Positions 35,335 to 48,100 of a stretch of DNA of 64,000 nt are shown in pieces. The DNA is taken from the NCBI GenBank assembly GCA_041659265.1, contig JBAZYP010000007.1, forward strand, positions 9,928 to 73,927, in the 5' to 3' direction. The number at the start of each line of letters is the position of its first letter. The stretch's first letter is position 1. Under the pieces are notes generated by a model. The model ran no database searches. It was not told the DNA's origin and saw only the letters and a list, made by a program, of their open reading frames with translations. A program made the position numbers and the translations under genes. This DNA is from Candidatus Pacearchaeota archaeon (lineage in GTDB: Archaea > Nanobdellota > Nanobdellia > Pacearchaeales > GW2011-AR1).

Positions 35335-36354
35335 CTATGTTCCAGTTGCCGTTGTTGCACCAAATACAATATTTCCTTGACATGAACCCGCTACTCCAAT
35401 AGGAACAAATATTCTCCAATAAGTTGCATTAACCGCTTCATTATAATTATCATTCCGCCTATATTCCAAATCAAATTTCTTAACAACAGGACTTCCAGAA
35501 AGATTAGTATAATAAGTATTAAATTGTGAATAAGGTATTGCTCCGCCTGTACTCATTGTTAAATTATATCCTTCATATTCAACCGATATATTCTTTGTAG
35601 CTCCCTGAGTGCAATTCATTGCTAGATTATCTCCAACATATCTTGCATATCCATAAAGACTAAGATTAACTTTTGTATTTCCAACATTAGTTACATTAGA
35701 GTAATTCTCTCCAGATACATAAGTGGAATTAACTGTTCCATAACTCATATCATCAGGTAACCCTATTGCTAATAATGAATTCAAATTAACTCTGCTACTA
35801 TTTGTTGCATTCCAATTTGTTGAATCTACAGCAACAAGTGTACAATTCCAAACTCCAGGATCAGCATAAAACCAAGTATCAAATGTACAATTTCCTAATG
35901 CCATATAATCATCATCAGGTACACCATAAAAATTTCCAGCATAACTCCTTACAATACTGCAACTTGCATTAGTATAATGAAGATTATTATCATCACTTCC
36001 ATTAGATTCTGATGTTGAATTATGGAACCAATATGCACTTACATTAGTTATATCTGTATCATTATTATAATCTCTTAATAATCCAGTACAAGTTAATCTT
36101 GAAGTTGAATTCGGATTTAAAATAAAATTACTAGCTCCTGAATTAATATCAACTACTATTACTTCAGGATAAACATTACCAACATCTAACCGGGTTATAA
36201 CAGTTACATTAGTTCCAACTCCACCCAGTACGGGTTTAACAAATAAAGATAATATTATGAATATAACAAAAAGTTCTAAAAATATAAATGAAATATAGAA
36301 AAATCTAAGTTTAGTCCTAATTTCATCATCACTGGAGAATTTTATTTTTTTCAT
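35335..36354 (-). CDS. Secreted/anchored N-sequon-rich beta protein; function unknown (third gene of the small secreted-protein cluster)
   Basis: 339 aa with the N-terminal TM helix FFYISFIFLELFVIFIILSLFV, several Cys, and the C-terminus YWRIFVPIGVAGSCQGNIVFGATTATGT. Confidence 0.65.
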   Translation of the reverse strand: MKKIKFSSDDEIRTKLRFFYISFIFLELFVIFIILSLFVKPVLGGVGTNVTVITRLDVGNVYPEVIVVDINSGASNFILNPNSTSRLTCTGLLRDYNNDTDITNVSAYWFHNSTSESNGSDDNNLHYTNASCSIVRSYAGNFYGVPDDDYMALGNCTFDTWFYADPGVWNCTLVAVDSTNWNATNSSRVNLNSLLAIGLPDDMSYGTVNSTYVSGENYSNVTNVGNTKVNLSLYGYARYVGDNLAMNCTQGATKNISVEYEGYNLTMSTGGAIPYSQFNTYYTNLSGSPVVKKFDLEYRRNDNYNEAVNATYWRIFVPIGVAGSCQGNIVFGATTATGT

Positions 36355-36362
36355 GATTTTAT

Positions 36363-37124
36363 TTATGTTCCTATTTCAATGTATAGATAATATGCAGTAG
36401 CTCCAGTAAATCCAGGATCTCCTCTTTCAGGAACAATCATCTGGAAATCATAATTAGTATCATCATAACCACCAAGATTATTTTCTAAAATTGTAGCATA
36501 AACAATATTATAACCATCATATAATGCCATTTCTTCAAAATCAGAATCTTGTGTATTATTTCCAATATAGGTATTCAATGTTGGACATCTATTTGCTGCA
36601 ATTTGCCTATTACCAACATAAAATGAACTATGAGTTGCACCATTAGTAATATTAAATGTAGAAGTAAGATTATCATTTGCACTAGTATGAGATAATGCGC
36701 TATTTTCAGCCTCTAATGTAGTTGCATTTGAACAATTAATTTGTGACCAGGTTACAAATGATGAATTTCTTGTAGCATAAATTCTTCCAGTAGTAGTTGA
36801 AAAAGTCCAATCATAAATTTGTGCTCCACTTGCATCTGCTAATGTAAATGAACCTAGAACATTTCCTACAAAAGCTTTCCATCTTGGATTTTGAATTGTT
36901 GCAGTAATATTAATATTAGCAATATATCCTCCAGAAATATTTATTACTTGTGCAGATGTTGTTGCTTTAGTTTCATTGCTTATTATAGTAATAGAACCAG
37001 GTCCCTCAGGATCTGCTGCATATACATTTTTAGCAAAAAAAACAATCATAGCAATACTTAAAAAAATTATAGCTATAACTAAACAAATCTCTTTTAATCC
37101 TCTATTTTTCCCTCTTTTATTCAT
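36363..37124 (-). CDS. Secreted protein, paralog of 37233..38039
   Basis: 253 aa. The signal peptide has an ..NVYA/AD cleavage-like site. Blocks shared with the paralog: GNV.G...LAD, Y.W, A.RN.S..W, two conserved Cys, FEE, ILE.N, DF.M.V.E.G, and C-terminal YYLYIEI. Confidence 0.7.
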   Translation of the reverse strand: MNKRGKNRGLKEICLVIAIIFLSIAMIVFFAKNVYAADPEGPGSITIISNETKATTSAQVINISGGYIANINITATIQNPRWKAFVGNVLGSFTLADASGAQIYDWTFSTTTGRIYATRNSSFVTWSQINCSNATTLEAENSALSHTSANDNLTSTFNITNGATHSSFYVGNRQIAANRCPTLNTYIGNNTQDSDFEEMALYDGYNIVYATILENNLGGYDDTNYDFQMIVPERGDPGFTGATAYYLYIEIGT

Positions 37125-37232
37125 ATTTTTCTTTGTATTTCTACGTTTCTTATATTTTTATTTATTTCTGTCGAATTTAACCTTTCGATTAGGTTTTTTC
37201 TAGGATAGTTTTTAAATTATAAAAAACAAAAA

Positions 37233-38039
37233 TTACTCTATCTCTAGATAAAAGTAGTATGTTGTCGATACAATATCTACTCCATGTCCATCCTCAAGTA
37301 CCATCATCTCGAAATCATGATGTTCATTATCAAACCCTAATGGATCATTTTTTTCTAAGATTGCTGTAAAGATTACAGATCTTGTCTCAGGATCCCACAT
37401 CAAGACTTCTTCAAATAGATTATCAACATTATCCCCAGTACTATTATATATTTGTGTACTTGGACATTCTCCACTATCAAATCTATGATTTGCTACATAG
37501 AACAGATCATGATTATTATTTTCAAAAAATGTTTCATTGACTCCATCTGGATCGTCTTGAGCTATATTATACATCGATTCAAGGGTAGTATAGTTCAATC
37601 CATACTGACTTACATTACCTGGTAAGGATAAATCTCCTGCAGCATAACTTTCATCAGCAGTAAAATTAAAACATTGCATATAATTCCATGATATAGAATC
37701 ATTTCTAGATGCAAAAACTTCTCCATCTGGATCCATCAAGCTCCAATTATACATTACATTATCATCAGCATCTGCTAATTGTATTGTACCTGATACATTA
37801 CCATAATAACCTTGCCAAGTTTGAGTTGTTGAATAACCGAATAAAACTAATTCAGTTACATTTCCTGCAAAAGCATTATGCAATTGAGGTGCATCTCTTG
37901 GTGCAGTTTCATTTCGTAAATCAGTTATTTGAGCTCCTTGAGGCCTTACAGCCATTACATTTCCAATAGAGAATAAAGTCACTATTACTATTACTGTTAA
38001 TGATAGAATAACTAAACTACTAAAATATTTATTACTCAT
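37233..38039 (-). CDS. Secreted protein, paralog of 36363..37124
   Basis: 268 aa. The signal peptide has a ..NVMA/V cleavage-like site. It shares the same conserved blocks as the paralog, with C-terminal YYFYLEIE. Confidence 0.7.
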   Translation of the reverse strand: MSNKYFSSLVILSLTVIVIVTLFSIGNVMAVRPQGAQITDLRNETAPRDAPQLHNAFAGNVTELVLFGYSTTQTWQGYYGNVSGTIQLADADDNVMYNWSLMDPDGEVFASRNDSISWNYMQCFNFTADESYAAGDLSLPGNVSQYGLNYTTLESMYNIAQDDPDGVNETFFENNNHDLFYVANHRFDSGECPSTQIYNSTGDNVDNLFEEVLMWDPETRSVIFTAILEKNDPLGFDNEHHDFEMMVLEDGHGVDIVSTTYYFYLEIE

Positions 38040-38125
38040 TATTTTCCTCTTTTTTTACCTCCTTTCAATATATATTAAGTGAAAGTTATAATAATACATA
38101 TTTTTTAATATATAAAGGTTTCTAT

Positions 38126-38174
38126 TTTTTCAAAAATGAAAAACCTTTTTCAAATATAATTAACATTTTTCAAA
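38126..38174. promoter_or_regulatory. Three copies of TTTTTCAAA spaced exactly 20 bp apart in the divergent promoter region between the secreted-paralog genes and the HTH-PAS regulator gene
   Basis: Copies at 38126..38134, 38146..38154 and 38166..38174. The first is part of the palindrome TTTTTCA-aaaa-TGAAAAA. Confidence 0.45.
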
Positions 38175-38239
38175 TTTAAAAACATTTATAAACCTAAATC
38201 ATATTACTAATAATGGATAAAGGGGAATAGTGAGAAAGA

Positions 38240-39136
38240 ATGGAAATTCTAAAAGAAATTTTTGATAAAAAAATAGTAAGTATACTCGAAGTTTTTGTTA
38301 ATGAACCAAATAGAACTTTTACTATTAGTGAAATCTCTAAACTTGCTGAAGTTAATATAACTGCAACTTTCAGAATAATAAGAAAACTAGTTACAAAAAG
38401 ATTTATAAAAATAAAATTTATTGGAAAAATGAAATTCTACCAGCTTGAAAAAAACGATAATATCTCCCAATTATTAAATTTTTTAGATAAAAATTCAAAA
38501 CCCTTGGAATCTTTTGTTGAAGAAAGTTCAAAAATTGAAAATGTTGAAATTATTATCTTAGATAATAAAACAAAAGAAAGTGCAAAATTCTTTTTTATAG
38601 GAGAAGAAATAAATAATGAAAAAATAAAAAAAATTTCAGATAAAATTAAAGATAAATTTGATATTAACATAGATTTTGTTATACTAAATAAAGTGCAATA
38701 TGAATCATTAAAAAATTTTGGAAATTATTCCTTAGAAAAAAATATTATCTGGGAAAAAGATAATAATAAACTTCTTATTTCAAAAAAAGAAAAATCAATA
38801 CCAGATGAAATCTATCCGGCGATATTTACAATAGATAAAGATGGTATGTATATATCTATGAATAAAAATGCTGCAAAAAGGATAGGTGGAAAACCAGAAG
38901 ATTTTATAGGTAAAAAATTAATTGATGTTTTTCCTAAAGAAATAGTTAAAAAACAAATGGACTATATTTCAACTCTTATTAAAACCGGAAAAATTATTAA
39001 AACAATTGATGAAATTCCTTTAGGAAATAATAAAATTCATCTTCTTGAAACAACCTTAAAACCCATTAAAAATAGTGAAGGCAAAATTGAAGCAATTTTA
39101 GGTATTTCGCATGATATTTCTGAAGAATATAATTAA
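38240..39136 (+). CDS. Winged-HTH plus PAS domain transcriptional regulator (putative)
   Basis: N-terminus: FTISEISKLAEVNITATFRIIRKLVTKRFIKIKFIGKMKFYQL (wHTH-like). C-terminal PAS: AIFTIDKDGMYISMNKNAAKRIGGKPEDFIGKKLIDVFP...GKIEAILGISHDISE. Confidence 0.65.
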   Translation: MEILKEIFDKKIVSILEVFVNEPNRTFTISEISKLAEVNITATFRIIRKLVTKRFIKIKFIGKMKFYQLEKNDNISQLLNFLDKNSKPLESFVEESSKIENVEIIILDNKTKESAKFFFIGEEINNEKIKKISDKIKDKFDINIDFVILNKVQYESLKNFGNYSLEKNIIWEKDNNKLLISKKEKSIPDEIYPAIFTIDKDGMYISMNKNAAKRIGGKPEDFIGKKLIDVFPKEIVKKQMDYISTLIKTGKIIKTIDEIPLGNNKIHLLETTLKPIKNSEGKIEAILGISHDISEEYN

Positions 39137-39195
39137 TATTTAAATAAAATTTTCTTGATTATAAATTAAAAATAATCCATTAAATTATTATAATT

Positions 39196-42100
39196 TTAAG
39201 CTAATTCAATATAGAATGCAACTGAACGAGTATCAGTGGTTTTTAATTCTCTTAATTTTGCAGGGATTCTCATCTCATAATCATATATTCCATATTTTCC
39301 AGCCTTATTTCTATTTATTTTGGTTACAAATACTAAATCTTCTTTATCAGTTCTATCAAATTGCAAATTACCACTATCTTTTGAACTATCCCATAATATT
39401 CCAGTAATAAAATTAGTTGTATTTGTAGAATTTACAATTGGCACATCAGAAATAGTTTTTCCAAAGATTTGAAAATTTGTTATATTTTTTGGTATAGAAT
39501 TAACTGTATATGTTTCATTTATTGAATCAACAAAAGTGCTCATATTAAACAAAATATCTAAGTCAATAAAATCATTTGTTGCATTACTTCCATTTGTAGC
39601 TTTCCATATTGCAGTTAATGAAGGCCAATCTATAATTGATTCATAATCACTAACAAAAAGATTCCCGTTATTAAACATATCAGCATTCCATTTAACAACT
39701 TCAGAACTACTATTATCAGCTAACCTAAATATGCTATTATCAAGTACATTTCCATAGATTATCTCCCAAGCACCAACAGTTATTATTTTGCTAGCATTAT
39801 TATTTGTTTCATTGATCTCTCTATAAAATCCATTTGTAGCAATTGGAGGATCTACTTCAACAACTATTAGATTTGTGCCTAGATTAGCATTCCAGGTTAC
39901 ATTAGTTATATTCATACCATATGCAGATATAGAAATATTTTGATCATTTCCAATCTGTACTCCACCAGAACTAGGGTCTCCATTATAAAATCTAACAACT
40001 ACATTATCTATCCCAATATTTCCAAGATTGTATATAGTTGCATTTATAGTAATCAAATCATTTTCAGAAGGATTAGGATTGCTAAATCCAATATCAGAAC
40101 TATTTATAGAAAAATCAGGTTTACTTAAATTAAAATTCCAAGTTAAGCTTATATTAAAATTTGATATTATATCATGATCCCAGCATGAAACATTCCAATA
40201 ATGTTTTCCAATAGATAAACCACTTACATTTTCCTCATATAATTCACCACTTAAAACAGGAATATTTGTTTTATTATTTATTCCATCAATAGTTAAATTG
40301 CAAGTTAAATTGCTATCAAACCTATCACTAGCATTCCATCTAAAACTAACTTGATTAGGACTATATAGGCTAGAATCATTTAAAGGATAAATTAGAGCAA
40401 TGGTTGGAGGACTATAATCAATTGTAAAATTTGTATAATTTGGAGTATAAATATTATAATCAATATCTATGCATTCAACAGTCCAATTATGCCTGCCTTC
40501 AGACATTCCTATTACACTAAAATTATTTTGATAATTTGGATTAATTGAACCTTGTGTAGAATTATATACCCCATCTATAAAAATACTGCAATTCAAGAAT
40601 CCCATAGGGTCCATTGGAGTATAACTAAAATTAAATGAAGTTTTATTTGTTCTATAATTATTTATTGGGAAATCTAAAGTTACATTTGGTGGAGCAATAA
40701 TGCTAAAGTTTCTAATTTGAGAATAATTTATATTTCTAGCTTCATCAGAACATATTAATGACCATGAATGATTTCCATCTCTTAATAATGCATAATGAGA
40801 ATAATTTAAAGCACTTGTCAAATTTCCTCTAAATTCAAAACTTCCATCAACTGTTAAATTGCAATCAATTTCACTATCCAAATTATCACTGATGTTATAG
40901 TTAAAACTTACATTATTAGTAATAATTAATTCAAACTGATATGGAGAATACATTTCTATTAGAGGAGGAATTGTATCAATATAGAAATTTCTAACAATAT
41001 CAGTTGCATTTAATCCCCTGACATCAGTTATATTAACAGTCCAATTATAAAATCCATCAGATAGACCATTAACAGAAAAATTATTTTCTTGATTCACTAT
41101 AACCGGAGTATTATTACTTTTATTAAAAATATCATTAATAAAAAGATAAGACCTACTTATACCTTCATCATCCTGAGGCAAATAACTTAAATTAAAATTA
41201 GTGGAATTAAACCAATAATTATTTGCTGGCCAAGTTAAATTTACATAAGGTTCAATTATTTTTGTAAAATTAAATATACTGCTACCTGCACTATTTCCAG
41301 CATCATCACTGCAATTCACATACCAAGTATGATTACCTTCAGATATTCCTGAAACTGTCCAAGTAGTTATAGTACCATTTGTTGCATTTATATTATAAGC
41401 TCTAAGAGTAGAATCAACACTCAAATTACATGTTAAAAGACTATCAACAATATCAACAACACTAAAATTAAAAGTTATATTTGCTGCATGTACTTCACCA
41501 CTAGGTTGTAATAGAGTGATATTAGGAGGAAAATTATCTAAATAAAATATTCTTGTTTCTGATAATCCATTAATATTAAAATAATCACTACAATTTATAT
41601 ACCATGTATGAAGTCCATCTGATAGTCCGGCTATATCAAAATTATTATTATTTCCAATAAATATCTCAGAACTATTTGATTGATTAAATACATTATCAAC
41701 ATAAAGTCTGCATGAACTTATTCCAGTATTATCATAAGGAATATATGATAAAGTAACTGAACTACCTGTAAATGAAGAAGCATTTGGAGTTGTTAAATTT
41801 ATTATTGGAGGTTCAGCAATTGTAAAATTCCATGTTGAACTATTGCTTTCATGTAATGCATCATCAAAACAAGTTACATTCCAAAATTTTAATCCATCAG
41901 TTAAATTTTCAATTGGTCTGTTTGTTAATATTCCTGAATTTGCACTAAATCCAGAATCAACAATTTCTCCACCCATAATAATACTGCAATTTAATTGATT
42001 ATCTATACTATCATTAACACTAAAATTAAAATTAAATGAACTTTTATTATAGATTCCGCCATCTATAGGAGAATCTAAACTAATATTTGGACTAAACAAA

Positions 42101-45100
42101 TCAATAATTAAACTTCTTTGAGGACTTGCTTGTCCAGTTAAATTTCCATCACTACAATTAACAGTCCAATTATAAAATCCTTCATTCATATTAAATTTAA
42201 ATAAATCATTAGATTCTCCATTTGCTACAGCACTTTGATTAAATATATCTGCAATATTATTTAATAATAAGAAACATCCGCCAGCAACTTCAATATTATC
42301 TGTAACATTATATGTAAAAGTTAAATTACCATCATCATCAATTGTAGATTGATTTGGACTAACTAAATAAACTTCAGGAGGAGTGTCTGAAACATTAAAA
42401 TAAAATAAAGAAGTTGAATATTTTCTCATAGATTCATCAGTACAAGTTACATTCCAATAATATTCACCAGGACTTAACCCACTATAACTAACATTAGTTG
42501 CATTTCCATTTCCTGCAGATATAATTGCCGGAGCAATAAGTAAATCATTTAAATAAATACTACAACTTAAAACACTATCAAGATTATCTGTTGCATTAAA
42601 ACTAAAATTGATTCTATTTAAATTATAAGAATAATATGCAGGAGGATAAATAATACTTATATTTGGATCAATTAAATCAATATAAAAAAGCCTGCTACTA
42701 TCAGTACCAGTATTATTCGCTATATCTTTTGCTTCAACAGTCCAATTATATACTCCATTACTGAAATTAACTGTATATGTATGATAATCGCCATTAATAA
42801 GTTCAGTCTGGTTAGTGTCATTAATTACTCCATTAATAATTAAACTAGTATTTTTCAAATCTAAATTAGGATCACTCACATTATAGATTAAATCAACTGG
42901 AGTATAATTAAACCAAGTATTATGAGTAGGAGTAATCAATCTAACTATTGGACTTAATCCTACTTGAACAATTAACATTAAAGAATTATTTGCAAAAATT
43001 GTCCTATAACTGCTATTAACAATTATTGGATAATTACCTAAAGAAGGAGGAGCAGTAAAATTATAATTATAATATCCATTCTCATCGGTTACTACTGCTG
43101 TAAAATTTATTTTAATATCACTTACATAAGGTTTTATTGTACTATCAACAGCACCAAGTTCAACCTTATATTGTAAAAATCTTCCAATAATCCCTTCAAA
43201 ATTTTCTCCTTTATTAATTTCTATCCAAGAACCCCATGTCAAATTATCATTAGAAGTTCTAACATAAAAAGTAGCTCCAGTGCATTCACTTGAACTAAAA
43301 CTAGCTCTTAATATCGGCCTTTCAGATTGAGTTATATAATCACTACTCCTTATACTAACCCCATTACTTGCTAAAGGATGTATTACCACTCCATAATTAT
43401 TTATTGTATGATTATTCCATCTTCTAATAACATTACTAACATCAAAAGTTTTTGCTCCAGTTGTAGAAGTATCAATTGTACTCTCTAAATTTATTGATCT
43501 AGAAGGAGATCCAGCACAACCTAATGAACCCCAAGATATTCCTGTAAGTCTATCATCATATGTTGAATCTAATTCAGTCCAATTTTCAAGAATTTCATAA
43601 ACATTAGGACTATCTCCAGATACATAAACTTGTAAAGTTATATTAGCTTGACTAATGGTGGAATTATAAGGGATTTTTCCTCCCCCATAACCAAAAATTT
43701 CATCAAATTTTAATAAACTTCTTAATACACTTGGAGATGTATCTAACATAAGTTCAGAACTACTTCCAAAATTATTAGATGATGATCCACTGGATATATA
43801 ATTATCAATTGTTGATGAATAAGAATTTACATCTCCATCTTGAAAAGAAACGGTTCTAGTACAAGATGTTCCTTTAAACTGCCAATCAATACTAGTCCAT
43901 TTAACTATGGCTCCAGCATCAAAAATCTTTGAATAATTTCCACTAGAGTTCCCACTTGCTAAAGTTAAATTTTCTCCATCATTAACTATATTATAATAAC
44001 TTCCTTTATCAAATTCAATTGAACTATCCTCACTAAAATTCAAAAAATTATTATAAGACCCATTAGCAGTTACATTGCTAAAAAGATAAACTCTTCCATT
44101 AACCCAAAGATTAAAAGGATGATTTGGTAAATAAGTCCCATTTGTAAAATTCAAATAACCTGAAATAAAAACACTTTCATTTGCATAAACTGTCAGAGGA
44201 TCCATCTCTAAACTAATATTCATTTCTAAAATACTAAAATTATTATCATATTCAGAAACAAATCCAGCACTATCATTTGCATAAATAGTATAATAATAAA
44301 ATGCATTCCAGCTATGATCTGTAGGAATTATTCCTATCCATAATATTCCTCCAAGATAAGTTAGTGTGGATCTTAATTTTTGACTTCCACCTTTAATAGT
44401 ATTCCAAACTACCATCCAAACCCTATCAAGATTATTATCACTTACATTTACTCTTACTGAAAGATTTTGTCCTTCTTGCAAAGGATAACTATCATTAACA
44501 ATTATATCTTCAATATCTGTCTGATTGATAAAAGTAATTAATGGTGCAGCACTATCAATTCCAAATGTAACACTAGCAGAACCTACAGAACCTTCACTAT
44601 CATTTGCATATACAAACCAAGTATTATTTCCTTCAATAGATATAAGGCCCGTAATATTCACTCCGCATGTAATACTAGTATTTGTTTCTCCCATATTTAG
44701 ACTATACCAACAACTATCTAATGGAGTAGATGAACCTGATATTGTATAATTCATGGAATTAACAAGTGAACTATAAGTAGTATTTAATGGATAAACAATC
44801 CTAACAGAAGGCGGTGCTTTCCAGCTAATATTCATATCAAGTAAATAGATGATATTATCACTTGAATTTGTATTAAAAAATACCCTATATAAAAGATTAT
44901 ATCCTTGAGTAAATCCAGTTAAAATTCCCCCCCTATTTACACTATACCACGTGCTTCCACCATTTACACTGATATTTACACTAATATTATTATTTTGATT
45001 AGTTCCAAATTCATTCCAAGTTATATTTGAAATTGCTTTAATAGGATCAGTTGTATTAATTGGATATGATGTAAAATTTGCAAATAAAGGAATATAATAA

Positions 45101-48100
45101 AAATCAAAATTATCATATCTTGTATTAGCATGTGCATTTTCATAGATTCCTATTCCCCCATCTTTCCAAGTACTATCAATTGCGCTCAATACTGCAACCC
45201 CATTTAAATAACAAGTTATATTTCCATTTTTTACACTTACTGAATAATTATTCCATTGATTCTGTACATAATTTGTTGTTGTTGTAACAAGATTAGTTGC
45301 AACTCCTCCTTGAACTCTTACAATTGCATTATCTGTTGTCTGAAGTCTAAAACTGCATCTATAATAATCAGTAGCATTTCTATATCTAAAAAGAATTCCA
45401 GTCCAATCATCATCAGGATCATATCCAGTTACACTTATATTATAATCATAATTTGTAGATACATTAAAAGGAAGATAAACTGCAAATGCCTCATTATTAC
45501 TCGTCTGTAATAATTCATAACTATTTATGCTCCAAGTTCCTGTTCCAAAAAATCTCCAATTGTTTGTAGTTTCAAACGAATCTAATAAATTAAAAGTTTT
45601 ATCGCTAGTAAAACTAACATTTCCAATACTCCAATTTAAATTATTATTAAAATAATATAAAGAGGAATTATCATTAAAGCTATCATAATAATTCCTATTC
45701 ATATTAATAATAAAACTAGTTCGATTAGAACTCAAATTTCCAACACTATTATTTGCAAAAACACTTACATTAAAATTCCCTTCTTTTAAATAAAGGAATT
45801 TAGTTATAGTTCCAGAGCAATATGAACATAATGAAATATTAGCTCCATTATTAATATTATACCATAAATTCGAGGCACTATCATTTAATGTAATATTTAA
45901 AGTAGGAGTTACATCAGCTAAAGTTGTTCCAGATAGAGGAGAATTAATAACAATTTGTGGCGGAGGTGTAATAACATTACTCCAAGTTATATTCATATCT
46001 AATAAAGAAATTGTTCTTGATGGAGTAAAAGAATTATAAATAACTCTATACAAAAGACTTCTTCCAGATTGCATATTTGTTATATCTCCTCCATTTGAAA
46101 TATTATACCAAATATTTCCATTATTAGGACTAATCTGAACAGAGATTGTATTATTTTCATCACTTCCAGATTCAAGCCAACTAACATTCTTTATTTGAGT
46201 AATAGTTGCTGTTGTATTGATTGGATAAGCAGTAAAATTTGCAGTTGTACCTCTTGAAAAATCAACTACATACCAGGGAATATCTAAAATTTCTCCAGTT
46301 ACCTCTCTTCTTAAATTAAGATTAGTGGAATTTGTTAAATTTGCTCTAGCCCACATTATTCCAATGTTATCATTTGCAGTATAATTACTAGAACCTGCTT
46401 TCTGATTTCCAGGTAAAATTACTAAGGATTTAGAGAGATCAATATTTCTTAATGGAATATCTAATGTATTTTGAGGTCCATTAAAATGAGCAACTCCAGA
46501 TTGTACTAATTCACCCCCATTAAATTCAACTGCATACCAAGAAACATATAACGTTCCAGTAGCTACTTTTCTTTGGAAAAATATATTAGATGAATCGGTT
46601 AGATTTACAATTAAACCGCCATTGCCCGCAGTTGTATCTCCTGAACTAGCAAATGTAGCTATAACAAAAGTTTTATTTAAATCAACAGGCATATCTAAAG
46701 GGATAGTATCATTAACTCCAGTTAAACTAAATACTCCATTTTGCACATTAGCCCCACTATATTCAATAGCTTGCCAAGCAACAACATCATTAGGATTAGC
46801 TGCAAAATAAGTTTCAAGTGAATTTGATTCAGTTATTGTTACTCTGCAATTATCAGTAGTTCCATAAGTGGCACCATCATCCATCCAACTAGCTAATGGA
46901 AATGAATTAGCTAAATCTAATGCAGGATTAATTGCGGTATTAATTGTTCCAGCATTCTGTAAAAAAGTTCCTCTCCGGACTCTAACTCCAGAATAAAATT
47001 CAGCTATATACCATTCAATATACACAGGATTATTTTCAGTTGCATCAGTACTTGATTGAAAATGTATTGTTGTAGAATTAGTTATATTTCCATAAACTAA
47101 AAAATCACCAGGATCTACTTCATTAGATGAATAACTAAATGTTAAAAAAGAAGAACTAATATTTATTTCAGCAGGTATTAATTCATCAACTGATAAAGCT
47201 CCTGTTGGTATAAATGTAGAACCTTTATAGACTTTTTTTATTTCAGCTTGCGAAGGATTTGTATAATTAACACTTCCTATCGACCATTCAACATCATTTA
47301 ATGTTATTAAAGAAGAATTATCGCTAAAACTATCATAATAATTATAATTCATATCAATTATATAATTGGATATTGCTTTGCTTTGCTCATTAAGATTATT
47401 AGATGCATAGACCCTTACATTTTGTCCTCCTTCAGCTAAATATAAAAATTTTGTAAATGTTCCAGAACAAGAAGTGCAAATTGTTGTATTAGTTGAACCA
47501 TTATTAACACTATACCATAAAGTATTTGCATTTCCATTAATACTTACATTTAAGATAGGAGTTACATCGGCTATAGTAGTTCCTTGTAATGGATAATTTA
47601 TGGTTATATTAGGTGGAGGAGAGGTAGTATTTGTCCAACTAATATTCATGTCGCTTAAAGAAATAGTATTACTTGAATTTGTTGTAAATGTTACACGATA
47701 AACTAAACTATTTCCACTTGTTATATTTATTATTCCCTGCCCTTTAATAACAGGACTATAATGAATTCCATAATCAGCACTAATTTCAACTGAAATTAGA
47801 TTATTCGCATCAGTTCCAGATTCATTCCAATCAACATTTAGAATTTCAGCAATGGATGAAGTAGTATTAATTGGATAGGAAACAAAATTTCCACTTGTTG
47901 TTGTTCCAAATTCAATTACATACCACGAAATATCCGCATCAGATGTTGTTAATGCTCGTTCTAATCTTAAATTTGTAGTATTAGTAATAACTCCTGTTAC
48001 CCACATAGTTCCAGGATTATCGCTTGTCGTAAAACTGCTTTCTCCCCCTCTTTGATTGCCTGATATCATTACAATTGTCCTGTTCATATTTACTGAACTT

